Assembly (NCBI GenBank): GCA_050084515.1
Contig: CM114271.1
Coordinates: 28,706,001-28,770,000, forward strand
From: Blasia pusilla
Lineage: Eukaryota
DNA: 64,000 nucleotides
Direction of reading: 5' to 3'
Both the position numbers and the translations under genes were made by a program. Position 1 is the stretch's first letter, and each line of letters begins with the position of its first letter. Under the pieces are notes generated by a model. That model was given only the letters and a program-made list of their open reading frames with translations, was not told the origin of the DNA and did not search any database. Below are positions 1-10,895 of the stretch, piece by piece.

Positions 1-430
1 TGTGTGATCAGGCGCTGATCGACCACCGCACAACTTCGCGAGATCATCCCGAGGTGGATGGATTAGCAGAGAGAGTTGTGCAGAAGGTGAAGAGGGGTTT
101 ACGCAAGTATGGCTTGTAGAGAGGTCACCTGGGAGATTGGGACCTCCAGTTGCCATGGTTGGCGATGGGATACAGATTCTGCAGGCAGGCATCCTTAGCG
201 TCTTTTTCATCGTACTTGCTACTTTATGTTCGAGAGCCAGATTTACCTGCGGCCATTCGTCAAGATGCTAGTGAGGTGTTGGACCTTGATGACCCTGATG
301 TATGGATGCAAGCATGTTCTCAGAATGCTGAGTTATTTCGGAGAGTGATGCCCATGGCGTTCGAGAACTTGGCGATTGCGCAACATCGGGATACGTTGAG
401 GTATGCGACTATTCGGGGTGGTGGTTATTG
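1..430 (+). mobile_element. Ty3/gypsy integrase C-terminal fragment
   Basis: HPEVDGLAERVVQKVKRGLRKY...WDLQLPWLAMGYR...SYLLLY. Nucleotide homology to 4012-4490 and 38190-38700. Truncated at about 430. Confidence 0.85.
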
Positions 431-456
431 ACCAACTAAAGATTTCATGAATTTGA

Positions 457-619
457 AATGTGGTCCACTTGCTACTCTCTTCTAAAGATTTCATGAATTT
501 GAAAGCAAACAAAAATTTCAAATATGTCAAAAAGTTTTGAAGAGAGGAGGCGGATTTTGCCCTTTTTTTTGAAGAGAGACTCTCCTCTCTTCCTCTCTCC
601 TGCCAGAATACCAGCCCCC
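457..619 (-). mobile_element. Inverted, truncated left (MTase-side) terminus of the Mutator-like element
   Basis: Reverse complement of 939-1112 and homologous to 62395-62579. Homology stops at GGGGGCTGG. The flank 620-628 reads GCTCGGTGC on the minus strand. Confidence 0.75.
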
Positions 620-938
620 GCACCGAGCGCGCCATGTGTGCCCTAGGCGCCAACTTAGGGCCTGCAAAAATTGGTCAGCTGGACCAAAACTTTGCGGGCT
701 TCTAGCCCACACTCTGCCTGTAGTGCGGGCTCAAGGCTTGCACTAAGCCCGCATCGAGCCTCGTATTTCCTAGGCACGGGCTCGAGGCCCACAAGTTTTG
801 GACTCCATGTGGATAAGGTGCATGCAGGTAGGCACGGGCTTAAGGCCCACCATGAGCTTGCACCCAAAGCCCGCAAAAATTTGGTCCGATGGACCAACAT
901 TTGCTACGGCATATGTTGGTCAGGCCCTAAGTCTGCCC
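620..938. repeat. GC-rich repeat-rich target sequence; probable continuation at 15325-15640
   Basis: 820-875 is homologous to the reverse complement of 15331-15388. It has its own TTGGTC-N5-GACCAA palindromes at about 671 and 881. Confidence 0.55.
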
Positions 939-2287
939 GGGGGCTGGTAATTTAGCAGGAGAGAGTAAGAGAGGAGAGGAAGAGAGGAGAGTCTCTGTTA
1001 AAAAAAGGGCACAATCCGCCTCCTCTCTTCAAAACTTTTTGACATTTTTGAAATTTTTGTTTGCTTTCAAATTGATGAAATCTTTAGAAGAGAGTAGCAA
1101 GTGGACCACATTCGGGCCTAAAGTAACCTTCTTTTTCCAGGCTGGGAAAAACAAGTAGACATCATAAGACCACTACAAACATTCTTCCATCACTCTCCAT
1201 GTGAACCCAATTTTCTTCACATTGCGTGTCTAAGCCAGCTCTATAGTAAGTCGGGCTGAGGGGTATTATTGTTGGAGGACCGTCGGCATATAATATGACC
1301 AGAAGTAGCAATTTCATCTCAATGAAAGGTTCAAATAAAGACTCTAACTATGGTCTCAATAGACTCCTGTGCCCTTTAAGGTTTAACTTCTCTGAAGATG
1401 TGGTTGACATTATGGATTGTTGACTCTTCTTGCAAAAGGCATTAAATATCCCATCCGATCAATACTCATCCATGAGGGGGTTTTCCACAACAAAACAAAT
1501 CACTCATCACTGATGGTAGCCGAAGACTTTCATGACAACATTGGATGATATTGGCTCATGAATGGATGCATAAATTATACCATGGAGTGCTATGCATTTG
1601 ACAACTTGGTTTCACCATTCTCTCAGCCACTGAGAAATATATGCATCAAGAAGAAAATGTGATGAGATTGAGAGGATAATCGCGTCAAAAGGTTGATAGC
1701 TGTCAGGAGGAAAGAGGAACTGATGCACCCATGTCCCTTCATTCATACCCTAAATGTCAGAATCCGACAGGTTGCACCCCTTCCAACCCGTCGAAATCCG
1801 ATGGGTTGCACCCCTTGCAAGCAAACACACCACAACAAAAGAAGGATCTTGAGAAGTGATTCCATTCCATCCTGCAACCCATGAGAATCCGACTGGTTGG
1901 GAATTTGACATGAGAATCCGACAGGTAGTAGGAATCCAACACGTCTATGAAATACCGTGTTAGAGAAGAATGGTGTGACGATAATGGGGGAACGAGGCAA
2001 AAGTGAAGAAGCCTGCCAAAATACGAGAGCCTGAAAAGTTGGACTAACAAGAAAAGAGTGGAATCACTCAAGTAGCCAACCTGTCGGAATCTGACAAGTT
2101 GCCTGCAAGGGGTTTAAATTATTGTGACAAGATGCAACCCGTCGGAATCTGACGGGTTGCAAAATAAACAGCCTCGAGTAGATAGACCAACGCAATCGAC
2201 AAGAACGAAAAACAATTCAGCAAAAGTTTACAAAAACCATCATGGTTCAAAACCTTCGTGTCCTTTATTACATCCGAGGGAAGCTCA

Positions 2288-3520
2288 CAAATTGCCATTG
2301 TGTCAGGCGCCTCTAATACTCGCCCCTGATAGGCCCACTAAGTCAAAGACCAAGTCACCCGGCCTGGAATAGAGCTCGATGAGCGTTTGCATCAAGGCAG
2401 GTGACTTTTCCCTTCCTCCAAGTAAGGGGTTCACGTCTTGCATGTAAATTCCCAAGGGGGACTTGTAGAGACTATCTAAGTTGTACCCATCGGAGCATGT
2501 ATCCACTGGATCCGGGATACGAAACACCTGGAAGTTGTGCTTGGGCCTTACAAAGTAGTGGACAAATGAGTGGTCCATGTGTAAACAAGGAGGTAAAAAA
2601 TAACGTCAGCAAAAAGAAAAAGCTAATAGACTGCTGGTCTACTCTCCATAAACTGAAACAATGTGCAAACCGTCAGGATCCGACGGGTTGCTTTTCAACC
2701 CGTCGTACTAGTCCATAGTAATTACCAACTTGTCCGAACTTGGCCTATAGGCCTGACAGAACAGCGACCAGTCGGAGTCCGACGGGTTGTCTTACAACTC
2801 TAAGACCCTTTTTTGGCCATGAGCAATCCTTCGAAAGCCGATAGGTTACTCATCTTGCTAGACAGAAGCTCCACTGTTTAGAGTGCGATGGTTGGCTTAC
2901 AACTAAATACAATTGTTAAGAGTTGAGAAGTTCCTAATATAAGAGCAACCCGTCGCTTTTAGACGGGTTGTATCACTCCAAAAACATGGGGAAAAGCAGT
3001 GCTATTTGCAACCCGTAGGGTTGCAGTCAATGGGGACTTGTTGGTGAATTTGCAACCCGTCATTTTCAGACGGATTGCAACACCACAGACACAAGCTATT
3101 GGGATTCGACGGGTGGCATGCATATATGGAACCCGTCGGAGCCCGATGGGTTGAATTTTTGTTAAACTCAATTCGTTGAATAAGAGAACTTACCCGGACT
3201 TGACTTGTCGCCGATCGAAGTGGATACTCATTTTTTATTACCCATGATTGCGTCGTCCTCCACTTCAACGACCTCTTCACGCATTGAAGGTTGAAGAGCT
3301 TGTCTTTGCTCCCTCTAGTGAGGACCAAGAAACAACCCCTGTCACTCTGATACGTGTCAGCAAAAGAAAACCACAGTGCGATTTGGTCGTATGAAAGCGA
3401 GACATTACAGTCTCGGACAGTATCAGACGGATTGTTGTCCCACAAGCAAAACCCAGAAGGCAAATCCGCAATGAGGAGGTCCACCGCCACTTCCTCAACC
3501 ACCCCATGCACCGTCTAGCT
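2288..3520 (-). pseudogene. Second copy of the last two exons of the N4/N6 DNA-methyltransferase-like gene
   Basis: VDLLIADLPSG (motif IV position)...SATSQVR|gtaag, intron 3193-2528, cag|VFRI...REKSPALMQTLIELYSRPGDLVFDLVGLSGAS. Same splice sites as the 5019-9754 copy. Premature TGA. Confidence 0.75.
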
Positions 3521-3672
3521 CGAGATAGCCATCTATCCCTACCTACCATGATATACATCTCTTGGACGCTAAGAGCAAGAAGGCCGAGTGCTCATGTGGC
3601 CCCATTGTTAGTGGCCTTCTTGTCATCCATGTCACGGACACAAGTCAAAATGTAGAACTACCTACTCTATGA

Positions 3673-4860
3673 TCATCTGGGATACATCCATCGTCCCTGA
3701 GGAACCCTAGTGAGTGGTGGCGTCAAACATGCCATATGCCATCCTCTTGAACACCTATCATAGACTACCATAGTGGCTGCACCACGGGCGGAACCACACA
3801 ACATACACCGCAAGCCTGCAGAAACTATTGCTAAGCTCGGATTAATTATACTGTCAATGTTTGGAAGATGACATGGCGCAGAGTTACGCACATGGTCCTT
3901 CCAAACCATACCATCGCGTCCCTCCAATAAGAGAACACTGGATGGCAAAACCTCACGCACTCTCAAGATGGTGCGCCTTGCAGTCACATCCAACATCGTG
4001 GATGCCGTCTACTATAAGTAGACATAGTCTCCTTGATGAAACCTCCGGATATTAGGTTGATAACAACCTCCTCGAATAGTCGCATACCTCAATATATCCC
4101 GATGTTGCGCAATCGCCAAGTTCTCAAATGCCATGGAGATCACTATCCAAAAGAACTCAATCCTCAGAGAACATGCTCGCATCCATACATCAGGGTCATC
4201 AAGGTTCAACACCTCACCAACATCTGGACGAATGGTGGCTGGTAAATCTGGCTCTCGACCATAAAGCAACAAGAACGGTGAGAAAGACGCTAAGGATGCC
4301 TCCATGCTAAATCTGTATCCCATCTCCAACCATGGAAACTAAAGGTCCCAATCCCCTATGTGACCCCTCTACAAGCCATACTTGTGTAGTCATCTCTTCA
4401 TTGTCTGCACAACCCGCTCCGCTAGTCCATCCGCCTCAAGATGATCTCGCGAAGTAGTGCGGCGGTCGATCAGTGCCTGATCACACAAGGCTTAAAACTC
4501 CCCGCGGAACTCTATACCTTGGTATGTCAACAACTTAGCTGGTACGCCATAATGACTCAACACTTGATCTAGGGAGGCATACACTACTCCCTCACGTGCT
4601 TTGTCAAGCAATGCAACCAACTCTATCCACTTCGAGAAGTGCTCGACCATGACCAATACATAACAACTATGGCGCTCCGTCAAAAGAAAAGGTCCTGCAA
4701 AATCCAAACTCCATCTACAATCTAAACCCATGATCCGAAGTGGATGCAACTGTGGAGTCGGAGCATTGAACGATGCTCAGACTTGATCACACACCATGCA
4801 TGTGGCAACAAATTGCTGAACGTCAGTCTGCATGCCTCGCCCTCAATATTGAATCTTGAG
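3673..4860 (-). mobile_element. Ty3/gypsy integrase core plus C-terminal PHD finger (fragment)
   Basis: WSLDFAGP...VMVEHFSKWIELVAL...YGVPAKLLTYQGIEF; C-terminal CMLCGS...DRCSRGWHMACLTPPLTRVPQGRW (PHD). Stops and frameshifts. Confidence 0.85.
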
Positions 4861-5018
4861 AACTCCATCATCGTTCGAAAAAATCTTGTCCTTAATTACA
4901 TCCGAAGGAAACTCGGAACTGTACATTTGATCTATTCTATGAATTCTTTTGCCTCGTCATCAAATAAATCCCTACTCCAAAATGCTGCACTCGAGCTAGG
5001 TCTTTGAGTTCTTTGAAC

Positions 5019-8000
5019 TCACTTGTCATCGTCCGAGAGCTCTTCCAGAATTACTATCGGCCTTGCCCTGCCAATTTTTGGAATCGTGGGAAGTGACGAT
5101 GGTGTCACTACCAATGGTGGGCTTGGAACCGGAGCTCTCGGCTTCGGAGGAGAGTTGTACGCCCCAACTAGCGTGTCGTAATCTGCCTTTGCCTCTTTGC
5201 AAAGGTCAAACAGTTCTTGCCTTCCCTCAAGGCAGAGAATGTTCTTGCCCCTCTGCCAGGCGCCTCTGATACTCGCCCCTGAAAGTCCCACTAAGTCGAA
5301 CACCAAGTCACCCGGCCTTGAGCAGAGCTTGATGAGCGTTTGCAACAACGCTAGCGACTTTTCCCTTCCTCCAAGTAAGGGGGTACCATTTTGCATGTAA
5401 ATTCCATGGGGGGAATTGTTTAAACTATCTAAGCTGTACCCATCAGAGCATGGATCCACAGGATCCTGGATCTTAAACACCTGGAAGTTGTGCTGGGGCC
5501 GAACAAAGCAGTAAACATAGGAGTGGTCCATGTGTAAAGAAACAGGTTGGAAAAAATGTCAGCAACAAGAAAGAGCTAATTTCAGTATGCAACAACAAGA
5601 AAGGTATACTATCATAATGGTGACATAATGTGCAACTCGTTCCCAAAGAACTTCGCTTAACCCCAAAGAACTTAGTTATAGTCCTAACATTGGAGCAACC
5701 TGTCGGAGTCCGACGGGTTGTTTTACAAGTGTTAGTGATTTTTTTTGCCATGAGCAACCCGTTGGAAGGCGACATGTTGCTGGCTTAGAGCATCCCATGG
5801 TTGGCTAAGAGCAACCCGTCACATTCAGACAGGTTGCATCATTCCAGAAACACAAGGAAAAGCATAAGCACTTGCAACCCGTCGAGTTCCGATGGGTTGT
5901 ATTCATCTAATGGAGACTTGCGGTAAATTTGCAACCCGTCGCTTTCAGACGGATTGCACCACCGAAGTCTCTAGCTCAGACAATCTGACGGATTGCATGC
6001 AAAGATGCAACCCGTCGGAGCAAGATAATTTGGATATGGATTTAGAGCCCTTACCCGGATTTGACTCGTCGCGGATCGGAGTGGGTACTCGTTCTTGATG
6101 ATCCACGATTGCGCCGTCCTCCACTTCAACGACTTCTTGACGCACTGCAGGTTGAAGAGCTTGTCCTCGCTCCTTCCAGTTAAGACCAAGAAATAGCCCT
6201 TGTCACTGGGATAAGCGTCTGCAAAGGAAAACAGGAGCGCGATCTGGTCATAAGAAAGAGGGACATTCAAGTCTGGGACACCATAGGACGGATTCTCGTC
6301 CCAAAAGCGCAACCGTGAGGAAAAATCAGCGACAAGGAGATCCACCGCCACTTCCTCAACTTCCCTATGGACCGTCCAAGGAGCATGCCCATGTCGTTGA
6401 AGCTTCCAGCGTTGTCAATTTGTCGATGGCGGGTGTCGACGCTTAGGAACTGAAACTTTGCAGCTCATCCAGAAGATTCGTGCAGTGAATGATGGCGCTT
6501 GTTCGGGTCATTGTTTCTCTATGTCTTCCCAAGGATGATGGAGTGTATTCCACATACACTCGAGGGCTTGCTCCTCCGCATCTCCTTCGAAAAAGTCTTC
6601 AGGCTGCACCAAATTGGGGATGTCGTCCTTACCTGGAGCCACAGCATCATAGAGCAGGCGTAGATTTTTCTCGGTTATGTCCTCAGGGTCGTTGAAGTCC
6701 AGCCAGATGGGACAATTCTCCATCTCCCAGTCGGACATGCTTTGAGCCATCTCCATGTCGTACATGGAAAATGTCTCTCCATCAGGCGGAGAAGCCCACA
6801 ATTTGCAGGCGGCCGGTATTTTTTGCCACGTACCTGCATTCTTACAATGGACAAGGTACCTGAACACCATGCGTTGGGCAATTCTTAGTCTAGATGTATC
6901 GGCCGCCTGCTCCTAAAGATCTCGCTTTTTCTTTGCAAAATCCCTTTTCTTCACCTCTATTTCTTCATCAAGGTCCGCCTGAGGGAGGATGTGATCCTTG
7001 AACATCGTCCAGAAGCCTGGGTTTTTTATGGGCTCGTCCCAGATGTCATCCTGCCAAAATTTAAAATCTTCAGCACTCTCCAGGTTTTCTTCCTCCGGAA
7101 CAGGCTCTATTTTTTTCAGCTCCGCTTGAAGATCCACAAGCATGGACTTCCCGAGAAGCTGCAACGCGTCCCAAAATGACCATTCACGGAGCCAGTGGGA
7201 GATCACTGGATCAGAGACACCCGGAGGATGGTGTGCCGCCCTCTTTTGGGCCTCTGTGCCCTCGAGATTGATTTTCATCAATCGGATTCTCCTAAATTCC
7301 AAAATTCCAGACAAGGCAAATCGATGGACGCGGTCGAGAGACACTTTCTCCCCAATCCGACCATGCAGATCTTCATCCCTCTTCCGCTCGCGCTTGATTA
7401 TCGCCTTCAGCTCCTTGTAGAAATTGGGGCCAAGTTTTGGGTCGAGAATGGTGATGTAGTGTTGCATCTTTCTTGGAGTGTACTTCGTAGCTGTAGATAC
7501 TGCAACTTGGATGAACTTAGTACGCTCAGACAGAGACACTTTCTCCCTCCGCTCTAGCTCCAATGAAGCGCTCTTCTTGGCGGCCTGTATCTTCGACCAG
7601 CAAAGGATTGTCACGGCTGCATCTTGGGAAATAAATGTATTTGCCCAAGTCTTTTTTTTTTATTTGAGCCCCCTCCGCCAGCATCTCATTTACAAGGGCG
7701 TCGCCCAAGAACCCCTTGTACTCTATCGGGTGCGTCGTTACCACTTTCTTCACCCGATCGTAATCCTGGATCCAGTGGTGGGTGACATTCCCCTCGGATA
7801 CAATCCTGCACATCCAAACTCAATATAAGAAATTTTGCAAGCTACATGGGTTCCTGCAACCCGTCAGACTCTGACATGTCGTCACAACTCATGGTCGGAA
7901 TGGTAGCTACGAGCTAAATTTTGCAACGCATTGGAGTCCGACGGATTGCATTCAGATTTGTGATTGCCTGGTTTCAACCCGTCAGACTCTAACGGGTTGT

Positions 8001-9754
8001 AAGAGAATTTGTATTTAGAGAGGTCTCCGCGAGAAAAGTGAACATATCAACCCGTCGGAGTCCGACAAGTTGCACAATTTCAAGTAAAGCTGCAATTTGA
8101 CGCCAAAAATCAAGCTCCCCTACTCCGATCACCTTCCCGTGCCGACGAATGCAACCCGTCAGAGTCTGACGAGTTGCTTTCGACCAAAAACATCCTAAAA
8201 AAAGTGGCCAGTCGAGCAACTCGTCGGACTCCGACGAGTTGCTTTCGGCCAAAAACATCCTAAAAATAGCGGCCAGTCTAGCAACTCGTCGGACTCCGAC
8301 GAGTTGCTTTTGGCCAAAAACATCCTAAAAACAGCTGTCAGTCAAGCAAATTGTCGGACTCTGAGAAGTTGCTTTCGGCCAAAAATATCCTAAAAACAAC
8401 GGCCAGTCAAGCAACTGGTCGGACTTTGACGAGTTGCTTTAAGGCACCCGATGTTTTGTTACCACTAGTTAAACAACTCGTCGGAGTCCGACGGTTTGCA
8501 ACAATCAAAATAAAGGAAGAGGAAACTTACGTGTTCATGGCATGCATGGCCATCTCCACCGTGGCCATGTGATGAGGGTATGGATGTAGCACGACTGCCT
8601 TCACGCGGAAATGCGCCTCCAATGAGTTTTGGCGCTCCTCTGCAAACTGGGTCCACGCCATGAACCTGTGGTTTCCATCCCAGATGAAGAAATACAGGTT
8701 CCGCATCCAACTAAATTCCGTCCCCTCAATCGCCCTTCTGAATTCCTGATCTCTCATCCTCCAGAATGTGTCGAGCGCTTCCAAGTCCTCCTCCGTCACC
8801 AACGCTTGGGTTCCATGTTCATTGTAAGGCTGAACATAGAACGGAGGAAAGCTGTCAACATAGGATGTTGTCGCTGCCGATTGTTTCAGCTTTGCAATAT
8901 CCTCGTTAGACTGAATTTCGCGGTCGTACTCCATTGTCCGCAATCCGCAAAGTGGAATTCTTGGGGCGTTCTGGCCGTCCATCAGTGCCATCTGCTTTAC
9001 CACCTGTCACAACGGGGACAAGGTCAATAAACTTCACTAAATTGCCAATGAATTGCAACATGGGCCTTCACATAACTCAAAGAACAAAGATTGTATCTTA
9101 CTTGCTCGAAGATTGGGTCGGTGTCTTGGCCCGCCAACTTCTCTAGGAGAGCAGCTGGAAAGTCCACTGGAAACTCGTCGATCCGATAGAGGTCTATTTC
9201 TTCCACCAGGCTAAGAGACGAGGAAGATTGCTCTCCTTCTTCTTAAGAGATGTCCACCATCTCCACGCTGGCGGTCCTCATGACCTGATCGTCCATCACT
9301 TAAACTTCGTACGTTTCCTCAGCCGATTTTATATTGATTGTGTCCCCACTTTTCATCGGAGATATTTCCTACATCTCAATACTTTTGGTTGGACGGGCTG
9401 GGCTTTCTTCAATGGCAATCACTTTTTCCCTTCGAGCTTTTTCCAATTCTGCTCTTCTCACCGACGCGTCCATACGTTTCTTTTCACGCTTCTCCTTGGT
9501 AATCCTTTTCTTCAAGGTCGCGATGCCTCAGCCTTTGCATTCTGTTTTTCAAGCGCCTCCTTAACACGTTTTGCAAGAAGCTCTTGCCTGTGCATCTCCA
9601 CTTCCCTTTTGCGCTCCTCGATCTCTTGCTGCCTTATCTCATTGGCCGAACGAGGCCCTAGAGATGGTGACGCAGGAAACCTAGACTTGGGAGTGAAGTT
9701 CCTAGCCTTGCTTGCTTGAGTTTTTTTCCTTGTCATTGTTCCCGAAAATGCCAC
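5019..9754 (-). pseudogene. Spliced ParB/Srx-like + beta-class N4C/N6A DNA methyltransferase-like gene (transposon cargo)
   Basis: Phase-compatible GT-AG introns 9101-9004, 8530-7806 and 6054-5481. FFIWDGNHRFMAW (8665-8679). VDLLVADFSS at about 6320. REKSLALLQTLIKLCSRPGDLVFDLVGLSGAS...GKNILCLE (about 5220-5370), matching beta-class order IV...X-I-II. Start position uncertain; several stops and frameshifts. Confidence 0.75.
8151..8440. repeat. Tandem repeat, 65-bp period, about 4.5 units, each starting with the palindrome
   Basis: Units start at 8151, 8216, 8281, 8346 and 8411 (gcaactcgtcggactccgacgagttgc...aaaaacatcctaaaa). Lies inside intron 7806-8530. Confidence 0.9.
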
Positions 9755-10025
9755 CTCCTCGACAACGAAATTACTTTCTATGCACGATGAGTCGCTCAGA
9801 TGAGTCTCCTCGATGAGTCACCTTGATGAGACGCCGTGTAAAGCGCCCCTTGGTATCTGGTCCGCTGCTGCGTTGAAGAGCAATCGAGATCACGAAACAA
9901 AAAACCTAAAATGAGCAAACCCTAGCCTATTTATACTTTTCGAGCCGTTGGGCTGACCGTTGGGTTGCACCATTGTTCCGACGGTGACGTGTCGGCCATT
10001 ATGGAGGTGTGGACGTGAAAACCAC

Positions 10026-10375
10026 CAACCTGACGATCTCCGACGGGTTGGAGGCATCCGTCCTAGCCGAGCTATCCTGGCAACCCGTCGGAGTCCGACA
10101 GGTTGCGCGCCTCCACCATTTTGGGGGAAGAATGCAAGGTACCCGCCCAACCCGTCGAAGACCGACGGGTTGCACCCTTCCCTCGTCTTGGGATAACAAG
10201 GCGGGGTAACTGCGCAACTCATCGGAGGCCAACGGGTTGTACGCTTCCTTCATGTAAGCATTATAAGGCGAGGCACTTGCGCAACCCGTCGGAGGCCGAA
10301 GGGCTGCACGCTTCCCTCATCTTGGGGTTATAGGCGAGATACCTGAGCAACTCGTCGCTTACAGACAGGTTGCAC
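10026..10375. repeat. Palindrome array (about 67-bp period) between the divergent MTase and transposase genes
   Basis: CAACCCGTCGGANNCCGACGGGTTG variants at about 10027, 10081, 10148, 10215, 10282 and 10348. The intervening sequences resemble each other. Confidence 0.85.
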
Positions 10376-10895
10376 TCATTTCTATCCCTTGGGTAACAAT
10401 GCGACAACGGATAGTTCCGAGGCAACCTCTTGCAATCCGACGGGTCTGAAGGTCTACCCTGAGTTGGACAATCCCGTAACAGTCCCCAGCGATTAGTTAC
10501 CTTAGCAAATGCAAGCGATGTCTCATGTTTGATGCTAGCAAAATCGTCTCAAAAGACCATTGGTCGGCATGAAGGGGGTACCAACCCAACGAACTTCGAC
10601 GTCTTCCAATTTGCATTGGGACACGGAAACAAAAAATGGAACTAAGTGCTTCGCAACCCACGTCTCTGATTCCCAAATTTTGCAACCCATCGGACTCCGA
10701 CAGGTTGCAACAGAATTGAATCCATCATGTCAAACAATCTCACCTACCAAACTTCATCTTGTCAGTCAAATTATGTTAAGAGAATCTGAGTCCCTATTCA
10801 CTATAAATTGAACATTCTCATTCTCATTCTCATTCCCATACCTATTCTTATCCTCATTCTTATTCTCTGTCTCCTTCCAGAGGAATCTTCTGGGA

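Noticed and set aside
457-1112. MITE with ~160-bp TIRs
   Set aside because: Comparison with 62395-62579 shows that homology ends at the inner GGGGGCTGG ends. These are two outward-running left termini flanking target DNA, not inward-facing TIRs.
5019-9754. Bacterial or phage contamination as the source of the ParB-MTase
   Set aside because: It has phase-consistent GT-AG introns, one conserved between two copies, and it is interleaved with plant TEs and host genes.
9228-10333. Numerous 60-160 aa ORFs such as those containing QPVGLRRVA or NPSESDGL
   Set aside because: These are antisense shadows or translations of the palindromes, which are open in several frames; no independent coding evidence.
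8151-10375. CRISPR-like appearance: palindromic ~29-bp repeats at 65-67-bp period
   Set aside because: The spacers are homologous to each other, the repeats are degenerate and dispersed through spliceosomal introns, there are no cas genes, and the context is eukaryotic.
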